A stretch of DNA of 64,000 nt from Eledone cirrhosa (Eukaryota): contig OZ024743.1 of assembly GCA_964016885.1 (NCBI GenBank), positions 216,814,001 to 216,878,000 of the forward strand, in the 5' to 3' direction. Each line of letters starts with the position of its first letter. The stretch's first letter is position 1. The notes below the pieces were generated by a model, which saw only the letters and a list, made by a program, of their open reading frames with translations, was not told where the DNA came from and made no database searches. This document shows positions 1 through 13,519 of the stretch, piece after piece. Position numbers and translations under genes: made by a program.

Positions 1-300
1 CATAAAGAAAGTATATACTTTCAAACGTTCAATCATCTGACAGAAAGGTATACGATGCTGACGGTAGCTAATAAGCTTGAAATTAGTACATCGTTCCTAT
101 GTCAGTGTTGAACAAAAGGGCGACGATGGTTGCTGAGCACTGTACGGCGTAATTCGGGCTGTTTGTTTACAAACAAACCTAACAAAATAATAAATGTTCG
201 TAAACCCATACGTACGTATATATATGTGTGCATGTATTTATATATATACATACTACTGTACGTCTGAACACATATATGTATGTACGTATACATACTTATA
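1..300 (+). mobile_element. Partial, diverged copy of the 466-bp HHR-bearing (retrozyme-like) repeat family; HHR at 52-94 with a mutated core (CUGACGG)
   Basis: Reverse-complement homology to the 22.6-25.6 kb and 62.1 kb units (gaaagtatatactttc, agctaataagcttgaaattagtacatcg, gtttgtttacaaacaaac). Motif: ACGAUG-CUGACGG-UAGCUAAUAAGCUU-GAAA-UUAG-UA-CAUCGU. Confidence 0.8.
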
Positions 301-304
301 TATA

Positions 305-1853
305 TTTTGTCGACCTTGAGAAAGCCTTTGACAGAGTTCAACGTGCTGTAATCTGGTGGGCTCTTAGAAAACTAGGAGTAGATGAATGGCTTGTGAAAGC
401 GGTACAAGCCATGTATAGGGGAGCAGTCAGCAAAGTTAGGATTAGCAATGAGTATAGCGAGGAATTTAGCGTATAGGTTGGGGTCCACCAGGGCTCTGTT
501 CTTAGCCCCCTCCTGTTCATCATAGTCCTGCAGGTAATAACGGAGGAGTTAAAGACCAGATGCCCATGGGAACTCCTGTATGCTGATGACCTCGCACTCA
601 TAGCTGAATCTATGGTAGAACTAGAGAATAAATTCCAAACTTGGAAGCAGGGACTAGAAAGTAAGGGTCTCAAAGTCAACATGACAAAGACTAAGGTCCT
701 TGTAAGTAGACGAGAAAACAGAACCCAGATCCCCCCAGGGAAATGGCCTTGCTCAGTATGTAGGAAAGGTGTAGGTAGGAACTCCATTCTCTGCCCCAAA
801 TGCAAACAATGTGTACACAAGAGATGTAGCGGGATCTCAGGAAGCTTAACTAAGAATGTAGGCTTCACATGCAGAAGCTGTGCTGGGACAGCAAGCAGCA
901 AACAGCCACAGGAAACAAGTACCACCAATCTCTAGGAGGGCTCTGTAGAAACAGTAGACAGCTTCTGCTACCTAGGTGATCGAATTAGCAGCGGAGGTGG
1001 GTGTTCAGAAAGTACAATAACTAGGGTAAGAACGGGATGGAAGAAGTTTAGGGAACTACTACCACTGCTAGCTGCAAAAGGCTTCTCCCTCAGAATGAAA
1101 GGCAGACTGTATGATGCGTGTATCCGAACAGCAATGTTGCATGGTAGTGAGACCTGGGCGCTGAAGGTGGAAGACTTACGTAGATTAGAGAGAAACGAAG
1201 CCTGCGTGCTCCGATGGATGTGTAACAGTAATATACGTGAACGACAAAGCATAAATGAATTGAGAGAGAGACTGAGCATAAGAGGAATCAAATGCTGTGT
1301 GCAGGAGAGGAGGATGCGCGGGCATGGACATGTGATGCGTATGAAGGATGACAGCTGCATAAAAAGGTGCAGAGCACTAGAAGTTGATGGAAACCGCGGA
1401 GTGGGGAGACCCAAGATGACCTGGGATGAGATGATAACAGCCGACCTTACCCAATTACACCTCTCAAAGGCAATGACACACGACCGTGACCACTGGCGTC
1501 ACGCAGTAATACAGAGTACCCGACCTCCCATGGGTACAAGCTGAAGCATATAGACAATATGCCCCCAAACCCCCCACCGCAAGGTGGTCGTGGAGGTGCC
1601 ACGGCAAAAAAAGCACCCAGCCCACACTATAAAGTGGACGTGTAGGCGCCACGAAAAAGCACCCAGCACTCACTGTAAATGAGGTTGGTGTTAGGAAGGG
1701 CATCCAGCTGTAGAAATCAAGCCAAATCAGTTCCTGTATGAGCAAGGCATTGTCAGCCGACCAGACACTGCCCACAACAGGACAACCCGTCTAACCCATG
1801 CTAGCGTGGAAGAACGGACGTAAAACGGTGATGATGATGATGATGATGATGAT
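305..1853 (+). mobile_element. 5'-truncated RTE-clade non-LTR retrotransposon (LINE), ORF2 RT pseudogene with 3' UTR and (GAT)n tail
   Basis: RT motifs FVDLEKAFDRV, GVHQGSVLSPLLF and LLYADD (~575-590); a Cys-rich insert CSVCRKGVGRNSILCPKCKQCVHKRC; then FCYLGD and LHGSETW..GHVMRM..GRPKMTW. In-frame stops at 474-476 and 933-935. Ends in gatgatgat repeats at ~1829-1853. Confidence 0.92.
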
Positions 1854-2382
1854 ATATATATATATAAGCACAGTTATTTGTATGCACTTTACATCGTAAT
1901 TATTTTACATTGTTTAAATTACTATATCTATATATATTATGAAAGGTCATATTTTATTTTTAATCTGGTCTAGACCAGTCTTAAGATTATATTTTTTATA
2001 AAGAGATCAAACTTGTATGAAGAAGCATTGTTAATAGTTGTTTGTTACCAGTGAACTTTAACCTTAATATTTAATACAATAGAAATGTATTTCATATACG
2101 GCTGAATAAGCACGCAGTAAAACCCTCCCGCACGCCATTCTCGCCGCTTTTTTAAATTTTTTTTTAAGAGTTGACCCCTAGCAGAAAACTGAAGACTAGA
2201 CCTGTCCTTTATTTGTACTATCCTTTTATTTCTAAATACACTAAAAGTTGGCTCACTTCCCCATGCCACTATTTTCTTTCATTCTAAATATACCACATTT
2301 TCCCAGTTATATGTGTTTACTACATTAACCCATTACTACCTAATCAATCAGGTTGCTTTATATCGGAAATATTTCATCATAG

Positions 2383-3345
2383 TAATAATTGTTTCTACTT
2401 TTGGCACAAGGCCAGCAATTGTCCAGTGTATTACTGTACTTTATTTTGTCGACCCCGTAAGGATGAAAGGCAAAGTTAACCTCGGCGGGATTTGAACTCA
2501 GAATGGCAAGGGCCGTAACTCTATGCGTCAAAGCATAGCGTCCGACCCTCTACCGATACTGCCAATTCACCGCTAAATAATTGTTTCTACTTTTGGCACA
2601 AGGCCAGCAATTATCCCAGTGTATTACTGGTATTTTATTTTATCGACCCCGTAAGGATGAAAGGCAAAGTTAACCTCGGCGGGATTTAAACTCAGTCCAT
2701 AAAGGGACGTAACTGTGCTGCAAAGCATGGCGCCCGACCCTCTACCGATACTGCCAATTTACCGCCCCTTTCATCATAGTAATAATGAATAACCAATACA
2801 ATTAATAATTGCTTCAACATATGGCACAAAGTTTGCACTATTAATTATTGTTTCTACTTTTAGCACAAGGCCAGCAATTGTCCAGTGCATTACTGGTACT
2901 TTATTTTATCAAACCCTTAAGGATGAAAAGCAAAGTTAACCGCAGCGTGATTTGAACTCAGAATGCAAAGGGCCATAACTCTATGTTGCAAAAAACAGTT
3001 TCTGACGCTATACCGATATTGCCAATCCATAGTAATAATTATTTCTACTTTTGGCACAAGGCCAGCAATTTTCAGTACATTACTGGTACTTTATTTTATC
3101 GACCCCGTAAGGATGAAAGGCAAAGTTAACCCCGACAGGATTTGAACTCATAGTAATAATTGTTTCTACTATTGGCACAAGGACAGCAATTTGTCCAGTC
3201 CATTACTGGTAATTTTTTTTGTCGACCCCGTAAGGATGAAAGGTAAAGTTAACCTCGGCGGGATTTGAACTCAGACCATAAAGGGGCATAACTCTTTACT
3301 TGAAAGCATGGCGTCCAACCCTCTACCGATACTGCCAATCCCGCG
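2383..3345 (-). mobile_element. Cluster of five tandem or partial copies of a ~190-bp tRNA-derived SINE
   Basis: Repeated unit whose minus strand has an A-box-like TGGCAGTATCGG, a B-box GTTCAAATCC, a central gcctttcatccttacggggtcgataaaataaagtaccag and a 3' end ggccttgtgccaaaagtagaaacaatta. Confidence 0.85.
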
Positions 3346-3443
3346 CCCTCATAGTAATAATGAATATTATTTTGAACCAATAAGCGATATTTGAGTCCTT
3401 CATTTAGTGCATTTTTTAAGCCTATGAATCATTATATATAAGG

Positions 3444-3633
3444 GGCGGTGGATTGGGAGTATCGGTAGAGGGACGGACGCCATGCTTTGCACCACCGAGT
3501 TACGTCCCTTTACGGACTGAATTCAAATATCGCCGAGGTTGACTTTGCCTTTCATCCTTACGAGATCGATAAAATAAAGTAGCAGTAATGTACTGGGTAA
3601 TTGCTGGCCTTGTGCCAAATGTAGAAACTATTA
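3444..3633 (+). mobile_element. tRNA-derived SINE copy
   Basis: Same consensus as the 2.4-3.3 kb copies, sense orientation. Confidence 0.85.
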
Positions 3634-3977
3634 TATATACCAGGTTTCCAACTACCAAATTCCGCTTTCATAATCAATAGTCAAACAAAAGTGAGACCTG
3701 CACGTCTTTGAGGTAAACCTTTTGACTTCACACCTACGAGATTAAAAGCTTGTAATTTTAAAGAGTGATATGTTACATAGATTTTCAATTTGAAGGAAAC
3801 AGTCTCTTCCCACGAGATGGAAGTTATAATTTCACATTCGGAATTATAAATTGTTCATTCACATGTCTGAAATCACAGAAACACAGAAAATGGACATTCA
3901 ATAATTAGTTTTACATGAACTTCGATGTGGAACAGTTTGGTATAAAAATGCAAAATCTCACTGGTATAGCTACAACA

Positions 3978-4160
3978 TTGGCAGTATCGGTAGTGGGTCG
4001 GACGCCATGCTTTGACGCATAGAGTTACGGCCCTTGCCATTCTGAGTTCAAATCCCGCGGAGGTTGACTTTGCCTTTCATCCTTACGGGGTCGATAAAAT
4101 AAAGTACCAGTAATGTACTGGGTAATTTCTGGCCTTGTGCCAATAGTAGAAACAATTATT
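3978..4160 (+). mobile_element. tRNA-derived SINE copy
   Basis: tggcagtatcggtag...gagttcaaatccc...gcctttcatccttacggggtcg...gtagaaacaatta. Confidence 0.85.
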
Positions 4161-5653
4161 ATATTTCATGATTGTAGAGGTAGTGCATGGGTTCGTACTT
4201 TAAATTATCTTTCAATGAGCTATCACTTCTGGTTAACTGTTTATCTCTCCCTCTCCGCATTTTAAATAATTGTTTCTACTTTTGGCGCAAGGCCAGCAAT
4301 CCCCTCCACTAGTCCTCTGGTACTTTGTTTTGTTTCGATCTTTTTTTTTTTTTTTTTTCATGTCAACTATAATTTACAAACAAAAGGTATACAATGATGG
4401 AAATATAAAAAATAAAGAAAAAAAATTAGTCAACGAAACAATTGGGAAGGGTAAAAAAGGGCTGATCTAGCTGTTTAGGAATATAAAGGACTATTAGGCA
4501 ACGGTAGAAATAGAGGGAGAGGGGAGAGGTTGACAAACTAAATCCCTAGGTCGTGGCGGTGTATTGGCTGCACCCTGTGGACAAAACTGCAAACACATTT
4601 CCGGGGACAATGGCCAGTGACACTCGCTCAAACCCTCAGGAATCATATGTTAAGTAGTACAGCCATTCCAATAGCGTCTGGTAATTAAAGGAGAAAGGTG
4701 CCCCACATATGGAAGATATCTAAATAATCCTGATCATACTCCAATAGTACCAATCTATGACGGCTCTGTCTTAGTGAGTAATTTAGAATATTATAAGATT
4801 TCTGGTCTCCGATCAATAATTATATCAACCCAGAGAGCCAAAATTTAAGAGGGTTCCGCTCTCTGAAAATTGCATCCTATTAGGAAATACTTAGTAAATT
4901 CAACTGATTTTCAAACACCTAAATTTGATTAAAATAATTACTTGATATATTTTCATTCTGTTTCTTCTTCTACATTTACATACCTTCTATACTGCAATAT
5001 TCTATATCTTAATAAATATTTCTATCTCCATATTACATACCACTACATAACACTATACATCAGCGATAGCTCCCAAATTCTAACACGTGTAGGGTTTTAC
5101 TATTTCAAATGTACATCTGGGAATTATTTCTCTTTGTTATAATATATTTTTCGTAAACCAGCGTTTTAGCACGCTTTACTCTCTCTCTCACTCTCCCTCT
5201 GTGTGTGTGTGTGTGTGTCCACATGTATGTATGTGTGTGTGTTTTTGTATATATATATATATACAAATATAGGCACAGCATTATACATATGTTGTTAAAT
5301 GAACAGATACAATAAATGCACGAATACAATTACTAATACTTCTCTTATAGTATTGATAACAAAGGATAAGAGTGAAGTATTTTTGAAATAATTGAAAGAA
5401 TGTGATAATCCTCTATAGAACACTACCTTAATTAACGTCTTTGATGTCTTTCGAAATAAAAATCTACATAACCTGATAATTTCTTCCTGCAGCTGCCATG
5501 AATATCTGTCATACAAATAGCCAAAGAAATCTTACCAAGCGATCTTTAGCAGCCCTAGCCTGAAGTTACTAGTTATGTGTTTTTGTGTGTTGACGTCTCA
5601 ATGTGTGTTTGAGTTTGCGTGTGCATGGAAGTCCGTATGTATGCATGTATATA

Positions 5654-5730
<77 letters not shown>

Positions 5731-5742
5731 GTATATGTATAT

Positions 5743-8007
5743 ATATGATAATAAGGGCGCTGCGGAGTTGCAAATGGGTTAAATATGAAAAAAGTTTGTC
5801 CTTCATCAGTGATCTTCCAACTATCATAGGCATTTCATCGCTTTAAAGACCATATACCTCCGGTTGGTGCGAGCAACGGCTAAAAAAAGTCGTTCGGACA
5901 CGTAAATAAAGGGGACACGAGGGTAAACAAACAAAATGGTGAGGCAACAGAAAGTGAGGTAGAAGGAGACAAGTCCCAGATTTCTATGAATTTAAGTTCG
6001 GTAAAATCGTGAACGAGAGAATAAAGACCATCAAACCTGGTTGAAATGTGAGCAAGGAAGGAATTTCGCACAGGTCTAACGGGAAGAAGAAGAGGTCTGG
6101 TCTGCGAATTCGGTAAACATAAGTTCTGTGAAATCGTAGACGAGAGAGAAAAAATTCCGACCAGCTTGGCCGAGAATGTGAGAGAAAATAATTACTCACA
6201 GGTCAAACGGGAAGAAAGAGGAGGAGGAGAGATAGTGACAGAGAATGAGTGAGTGAAGGGTGAGGTGAGGAAGAGGCCAACAGAGAGAGAGAGACTGCTA
6301 GAAAGGGTAAATATACATAGAACGAAAAAGACGGTGTAGCAGCAGAGGAAAAAATATGTGTAAATATGATAATAAGGGCGCTGCGGAGTTGCAAATGGGT
6401 TACATATGAAAAAAGTTTGTCCTTCATCACTGATCTTCCAACTATCATAGGCATTTCATCGCTTTAAAGACAATATACCTCCGGTTGGTGCGAGCAACGG
6501 CTAAAAAAAGTCGTTGGGACACGTAAATAAAGGGGACACGAGGGTAAACAAACAAAATGGTGAGGCAACAGAAAGTGAGGAAGAAGGAGACAAGTCCCAG
6601 ATTTCTATGAATTTAAGTTAGGTGAAATCGTGAACGAGAGAATAAAGACCATCAAACCTGGTTGAAATGTGAGCAAGGAAGGAATTTCGCACAGGTCTAA
6701 CGGGAGGAAGAAGGGGTCTGGTCTGCGAATTCGGTAAACATAAGTTCTGTGAAATCGTAGACGAGAGAGAAAAAATTCCGACCAGCTTGGCCGAGAATGT
6801 GAGAGAAAAGAATTACTCACAGGTCAAACGGGAAGAAAGAGGAGGAGGAGAGGTAGTGACAGAGAATGAGTGAGTGAAGGGTGAGGTGAGGAAGAGGCCA
6901 ACAGAGAGAGAGACTGCTAGAAAGGGTAAAGATACATAGAACGAAAAAGACGGTGTAGCAGCAGAGGAAAAAATATGTGTAAATATGATAATAAGGGCGG
7001 TGCGGAGTTGCAAATGGGTTACATATGAAAAAAGTTTGTCTTTCATCAGTGATCTTCCAACTACCATAGGCATTTCATCGCTTTAAAGATCATATACCTC
7101 TGGTTGGTGCGAGCAACGGCTAAAAAAAGTCGTTGGGACACGTAAATAAAGGGGACACGAGGGTAAACAAACAAAATGGTGAGGCAACAGAAAGTGAGGT
7201 AGAAGGAGACAAGTCCCAGATTTCTATGAATTTAAGTTCGGTGAAATCGTGAACGAGAGAATAAAGACAATCAAACCTGGTTGAAATGTGAGCAAGGAAG
7301 GAATTTCGCACAGGTCTAACAGGAGGAAGAAGGGGTCTGGTCTGCGAATTCGGTAAACATAAGTTCTGTGAAATCGTAGACGAGAGAGAAAAAATTCCGA
7401 CCAGCTTGGCCGAGAATGTGAGAGAAAAGAATTACTCACAGGTCAAACGGGAAGAAAGAGGAGGAGGAGAGGTAGTGACAGAGAATGAGTGAGTGAAGGG
7501 TGAGGTGAGGAAGAGGCCAACAGAGAGAGAGACTGCTAGAAAGGGTAAAGATACATAGAACGAAAAAGACGGTGTAGCAGCAGAGGAAAAAATATGTGTA
7601 AATATGATAATAAGGGCGCTGCGGAGTTGCAAATGGGTTACATATGAAAAAAGTTTACCCTTCATCAGTGATCTTCCAACTATCATAGGCATTTCATCGC
7701 TTTAAAGACCATATACCTCCGGTTGGTGCGAGCAACGGCTAAAAAAAGTCGTTGGGACACGTAAATAAAGGGGACACGAGGGTAAACAAACAAAATGGTG
7801 AGGCAACAGAAAGTGAGGTAGAAGGAGACAAGTCCCAGATTTCTATGAATTTAAGTTCGGTGAAATCGTGAACGAGAGAATAAAGACAATCAAACCTGGT
7901 TGAAATGTGAGCAAGGAAGGAATTTCGCACAGGTCTAACAGGAGGAAGAAGGGGTCTGGTCTGCGAATTCGGTAAACATAAGTTCTGTGAAATCGTAGAC
8001 GAGAGAG
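5743..8007 (-). repeat. Tandem array of ~3.6 copies of a 619-621 bp non-coding unit embedded in (TA)n; each unit carries a permuted hammerhead-like motif
   Basis: Landmarks recur at 5803, 6424, 7043 and 7662 (periods 621, 619, 619). TA microsatellite flanks both sides. Homologous to 47224-48380 on the opposite strand. Confidence 0.95.
5803..5867 (-). ncRNA. Candidate non-circularly permuted hammerhead ribozyme (also 7043-7107 and 7662-7726; degenerate at 6424-6488)
   Basis: Minus strand reads CCAACC GG AGGUA-U-A-UGGUCUU UAAAGCGAU GAAA-UGCCU AUGAUA GUUGG AAGAUCA-CUGAUGA. Stem III is AGGUA/UGCCU and stem I is UGGUCUU/AAGAUCA. Confidence 0.6.
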
Positions 8008-8028
8008 TATATATATATGTATATATAT

Positions 8029-8081
<53 letters not shown>

Positions 8082-8134
8082 CATATACATATGTACATGT
8101 ATATATATATATATATATATGTATAATATATCTA

Positions 8135-8196
<62 letters not shown>

Positions 8197-11100
8197 TTTG
8201 TATGTGTGATGTGTCTATATATATAAGGATAAACTGAAGGGTGTAAGGGAATTGGAAACATAGGTACATAGATGTCTGGGCGGATACGTAGTGATAGTTA
8301 TATTGATATACGCACTGAATCACCATAAACAAGTTTTTAAATAGAAATTACTACCGCAATATGAAGAGACATGCGTGCGTGTCTGCGTGCTTAGTTGTAT
8401 AATCTCCTTCTTCCTGATGTATTTACTGATTTTGAGATAAATTAAGTAATGTTAATAATAATAATCGTGTAGGAAACTAATATTTGTTTTCGATTACTGA
8501 TATAGTTGATATATTTAGAAACAAACGGCTTGTTTGTTTGTTTATTTGTTTTGTTTTTGACGGAATATAGACAATTTAATGAAACTCAGTACTTGGTTGG
8601 TTCAAAACGTATCGGTCAGGGCAAAATAGAATGTGAAGTTGTCGGTAACTGTATTTGAAATAGTTTTAAAAACATTTTCTTTGCTGCAATTTGTGACATT
8701 CTATCATCCGTCCAGTATTTTAGAAAGGACTATGATGTGGAAAATCTTGGATGAACAACAAAAATCCATTTTACAAATATACATAGAACAATATGGTCTT
8801 GTCTGTACATATTTATTACGATTGTTATAGATTTATGTCGTGGCCGAACATATTAGATGTTAGTAGTGTGATATCGTGTTCAAGAAACACTGTAATGTGT
8901 GAAATCTGTCATGCCAGTAGTTTATGTTGGTCAAAAGCACTTCATTCACTTAATTCATGTTGTGTCTGCTTGGCATTTGTCTCGTGTGTTTATTCTATAT
9001 AGAAGAAATAAATAACAATGTATTGTCTGCTCAGTATATTGAATGTTAAAGTATTGTTTTTATAATAATGTTTTTGATAAAATCAACCCCACTAGTTAAT
9101 TAGACCTTCATTTATTGTACCTGGAGGGATCAAAATAAAGTTGACTTCATCGGGATTTGAACTCAGAACGTAGTTCAAATTACTTTCAGGTCAGCGTTGC
9201 CGTTGTGATTCAATTTAATAAATTCTAAATAATGGTGATGTAGCGGAAAAAGCAATGTAATAGACGGTAAAATAATTGTGATGTTATTTATTATTTCACT
9301 CTCTAAAATCTGTGTTCAAATCCCATGCTGGTCGGACTTACATTTTACTACTTCAGGGTCAAAGAACTGATTTCCAAATATTTTTTGCTATTGACCAGAT
9401 ACCCTCTGTGCCTGCCGTGACCTGTATGTTCACGTGCTAATGTGAATACACATTTAGGTTCGGCTATTATCATTCTGAAACTAATTCCGACCGTAATCAA
9501 ATGTGCCTGTTATTCTTCTATCCAATTTTATCAACTATTCATTTCATTCAAAATCTGTGATCCTATGGAGCATCTGGTGTGCTGCCTGGCACTCAATGCA
9601 CATAAGAAGATGGGAAAGGTGAAAGCTGTCGGACAAACAACACAACTACACTTCCTTTCTACAAAGAGTAAGTGAATATATGGGCAACAATGTGTGGGAG
9701 CGGCTCTGGGCGTCGAGGACAGTTTGAATATACTCATGCAAAGGTCTTTCAAGTCGGGGATTAAGCAACATTTCTCCTTGACATGACAGCGCTTCAGACG
9801 TGCACTGCCAGTTCGAGACCAACTCTACAAGCACGGGGGAACCAACAGCAAAATCTGTGCGAGAAGGACACGGGATGACGAAACCTTTATGCTTGCTATC
9901 ACCTGCCCCAGTGTCCATGAACTGCAGACATATGGGTTGTGTAAAATAATTGCTATGTTGTGTAGGACAGATCAGCCGTGTCTGTAGTGAAAATTAAACC
10001 GCCAATTAAGCTGTATAGTAGAAATATCTACGTTTGGGGACAGGCATCCTCCTCTTACCTTTTTCAAGTACCAACAGAAGATCCACCACTCTATATTCTA
10101 AAACTTAATGTATTTAAGACTCAGTTCAACTTTCTCGGTAACTAAAAAAAGAAAGCAATATTCATCATATGAAAAAAATCATTTTAAATACATAATACTG
10201 CAGGCACTTAAAAGTATATGTATAAATCCGGGCGCACATTTGCGTACATATAATTGTATGTGAATTGATAAAAACGGTTCTTTTGTGTGTATGGAGGGGC
10301 TTTGTACGTGTATCTCACTATGCATATAGACGCGTTTGTACTAATAAATACCTATCGTTTATCCTATATATACCATTGTACCCATATGCTTATACTTGAA
10401 TATAGTTGCTCACCGAACTCCTTATATATAAATACTTAGTTCTTAGTAAATGCTACGCTTTACACACCAGTTCCTTTGCAAGCAAGTTTAGTGTATGCCC
10501 AGTATTGTTTCTGTATATAAATGCATATTTAACCAACTGTCCTATAACTGTTTGTGTATGCGGGCCTGGCTATTTACACTTACACATTAAACAGCCATTC
10601 GTGCCCACTAATATCAGTGTGTGTCCCTATGTTTGCATCTGATTGCTCTCATATATGTGTGAATGCTAAACCTTTATAAAGTAGTTTGACAATTCTTAAT
10701 CAATTATATATTTACCACTATATATATTTGGAGAAAGGAGATGACAGTGCATGCACGTGTGAGTGTGTACTTGCATACATACACGTCCAGCATCTTTCCA
10801 TTTGATTCCATTCATAAAATTTCACTCAAAATGTTTTTGCTGACCTATTTTTATGGAATACTAAATTTGCCTAAGGGGATGCACAACGCTTTTGATGAAT
10901 TTGTGAGCCTCATCTAAATCAACACATATGCATAAACAAAGGCATATGTAAACTGCTATGCATTTACAATTAAATGTTCCCACACTGATAATCAATTATT
11001 TGTGAGTTCGTGAGTCGACAAGATTTCGGTGATCTATAAACATAAATTATTTAATTCATTGGCTGTCTCGTATTTTGCTTCAGGCAATTCTAGAACACTG

Positions 11101-11742
11101 CCGAAACTTCCTTCACAATTTTCTGACCTACACAATACATTATACTCATTCTACTTAGCTCTAGGAAGAAACTTAGCAGAACTAGAACCTGTGGGGAGAG
11201 ACTCCACTGATCTAGTTAAATATCTACGTAAATTTAGTCTGCCCGATCAGGGTTAAGTTAGAGCTGCACGAACTAGAAAAACAAGAAGTAAACAAAAGGC
11301 ATGTCTATATAATCAAATGATATGCTAGAATTAACTGCAAACATCTCCTTTAAATAATACTCGACTGTCCCAGAAATGAAATCACACAGTGATCACGTTC
11401 TCTGTTCAATGATTCGAGTATATTGAGGAATAGAATATTCTCAATTTCTTCTTCCTTACATTCGCACAAAATGTATTAACTAATTATTTCAATCTTACGT
11501 CGTAGTACAACACATGTTCAATCCTTTGTTATGCCTCTAAGCAAAACACGATATTCTACCTACTTACATTTATTTAGCTGCAAGGAACAAAATCCAGTCG
11601 AATCCATATCTGTAATATTTTCCTGTTACTCCACTGAATAAGAATGTATGCATAGGTTTCATGATCCCGTGCAACTATTGCCCTAATATTTGTTATATCA
11701 CAATACCTTTGTTAGATATATTCTCTCTCTCTCTCTCTCTCT

Positions 11743-11925
<183 letters not shown>

Positions 11926-13068
11926 GTGTGTAAATATATATGTATGTGTGTGTGTGTGGTGTGGGGGGGGATATATATATATATACATATGGGTGTGTAA
12001 ATATGTATGTGTGTGTGTGGGTGCTGGGGGGGGGGGGGGCTATATATATATATATATATATAGGCTTAAGCATAATAGGGGTATATATGAAAACACATGT
12101 ATGCATTATCACGTAACTCCCGGGGGAGTCGTAGGGCATCGTATTGACATACGAAGTTTCTAGGGCAATTTTAAACCTGCCTCAGACCATCCCTCTCCAG
12201 GTCTGAATAGAGCAGATTTCTTCTAGATATGAATAAAGAGTGAGTTCTTCACCACGTAGGTCGGTTTTTGAAATGAGATTCAGCTTGAGTTACGTGCTCA
12301 TTCGAATACAATAACCTACTCAACGCAAACAATTTTCGGCAGCACGTTGTAATCTATGAATAATAAAAATGGAATAATTTGAAATTCGAAAACCAAAATA
12401 TTACAAACACCAAAATGTAATTGCCTTCCAAAAAACGTATGCCAAGTACAACAGTTATTTATGCAGCCATTCTTACATCTAACATTATTCAATGCGCCAT
12501 ACACTATACCGGATCAACAGCAAATCAATTAAAGGTTAGTTCGTATCAGTGTAATTATACGTTTAGAACATAATCATAACATTAGAAAATTAGAAAGAAT
12601 TTCCAACACAAGCTTCGCGACATATACTTGTTTTTGAAAAAGTATAATTTAATATGAAATATACTGTGAAGAATTTTAGATAAAGCAATAACTAATACAC
12701 ACATATCGTTTTGAAGCTTCTCTGTATTCTAGAGACGTTTTAAAATATAAAATATGTTAAAACATTGTATATGCATATGGAGCTCAATACATGATCACAT
12801 TTATTTTTCGCTTCTATAAATCTATCCTACGAATATTATTCTAAAATAACGATGGAACAATAGACTATATTTTAAATTTCATTTAAATAAATAGTTATGG
12901 AAAAATATTGGCTTATGTAAAGATGCATAAATAAATTTGATACATGTTATTATACCTGCGTGCGCTCAACCCTCACTCTCTCTCTCTTACTCTTTCTCTC
13001 TTTCATATATATATATATTACATATATGAGCGAAAATAAAAAAATGAGCAATGCAGAGAGCCACGTAT

Positions 13069-13139
<71 letters not shown>

Positions 13140-13306
13140 GCGCGTGTATATGTTATCTTTAAAACGTAGAAATATCCTAGACCCCCAGTAGACAACTGAT
13201 GAGGAACCCCCCCCCCCCTATCCTTGGTTTTTTTCGTATTCCCACTGCAACTACACAACTATTTCTATTCTCCATATATTCATCATTATATATATATCTA
13301 TATAAT

Positions 13307-13495
13307 GCGGTGGATTGGCAGTATCGGTAGAGGGTCGGACGCCATGCTTTGACGCATAGAGTTATGGCCCTTGCCATTCTGAGTTCAAATCCCGCCGAGG
13401 TTAACTTTGCCTTTCATCCTTACAAGATCGATAAAATAAAGTACCAGTAATACACTGGTAAATTGCTGGCCTTGTGCCTAACGTAGAAACAATTA
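13307..13495 (+). mobile_element. tRNA-derived SINE, near full length
   Basis: A-box and B-box plus the conserved central and 3' parts seen in the other copies. Confidence 0.88.
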
Positions 13496-13519
13496 TATAT
13501 ATATATATATATGCTGATT

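Noticed and set aside
9560-9930. GC-richer segment with 73-90 aa ORFs, one containing an SRSH motif
   Set aside because: No convincing domain or splice structure, so it cannot be called an exon without a search.
13307-13395. tRNA gene suggested by A-box and B-box
   Set aside because: It is part of a multi-copy SINE head and shows no complete cloverleaf.
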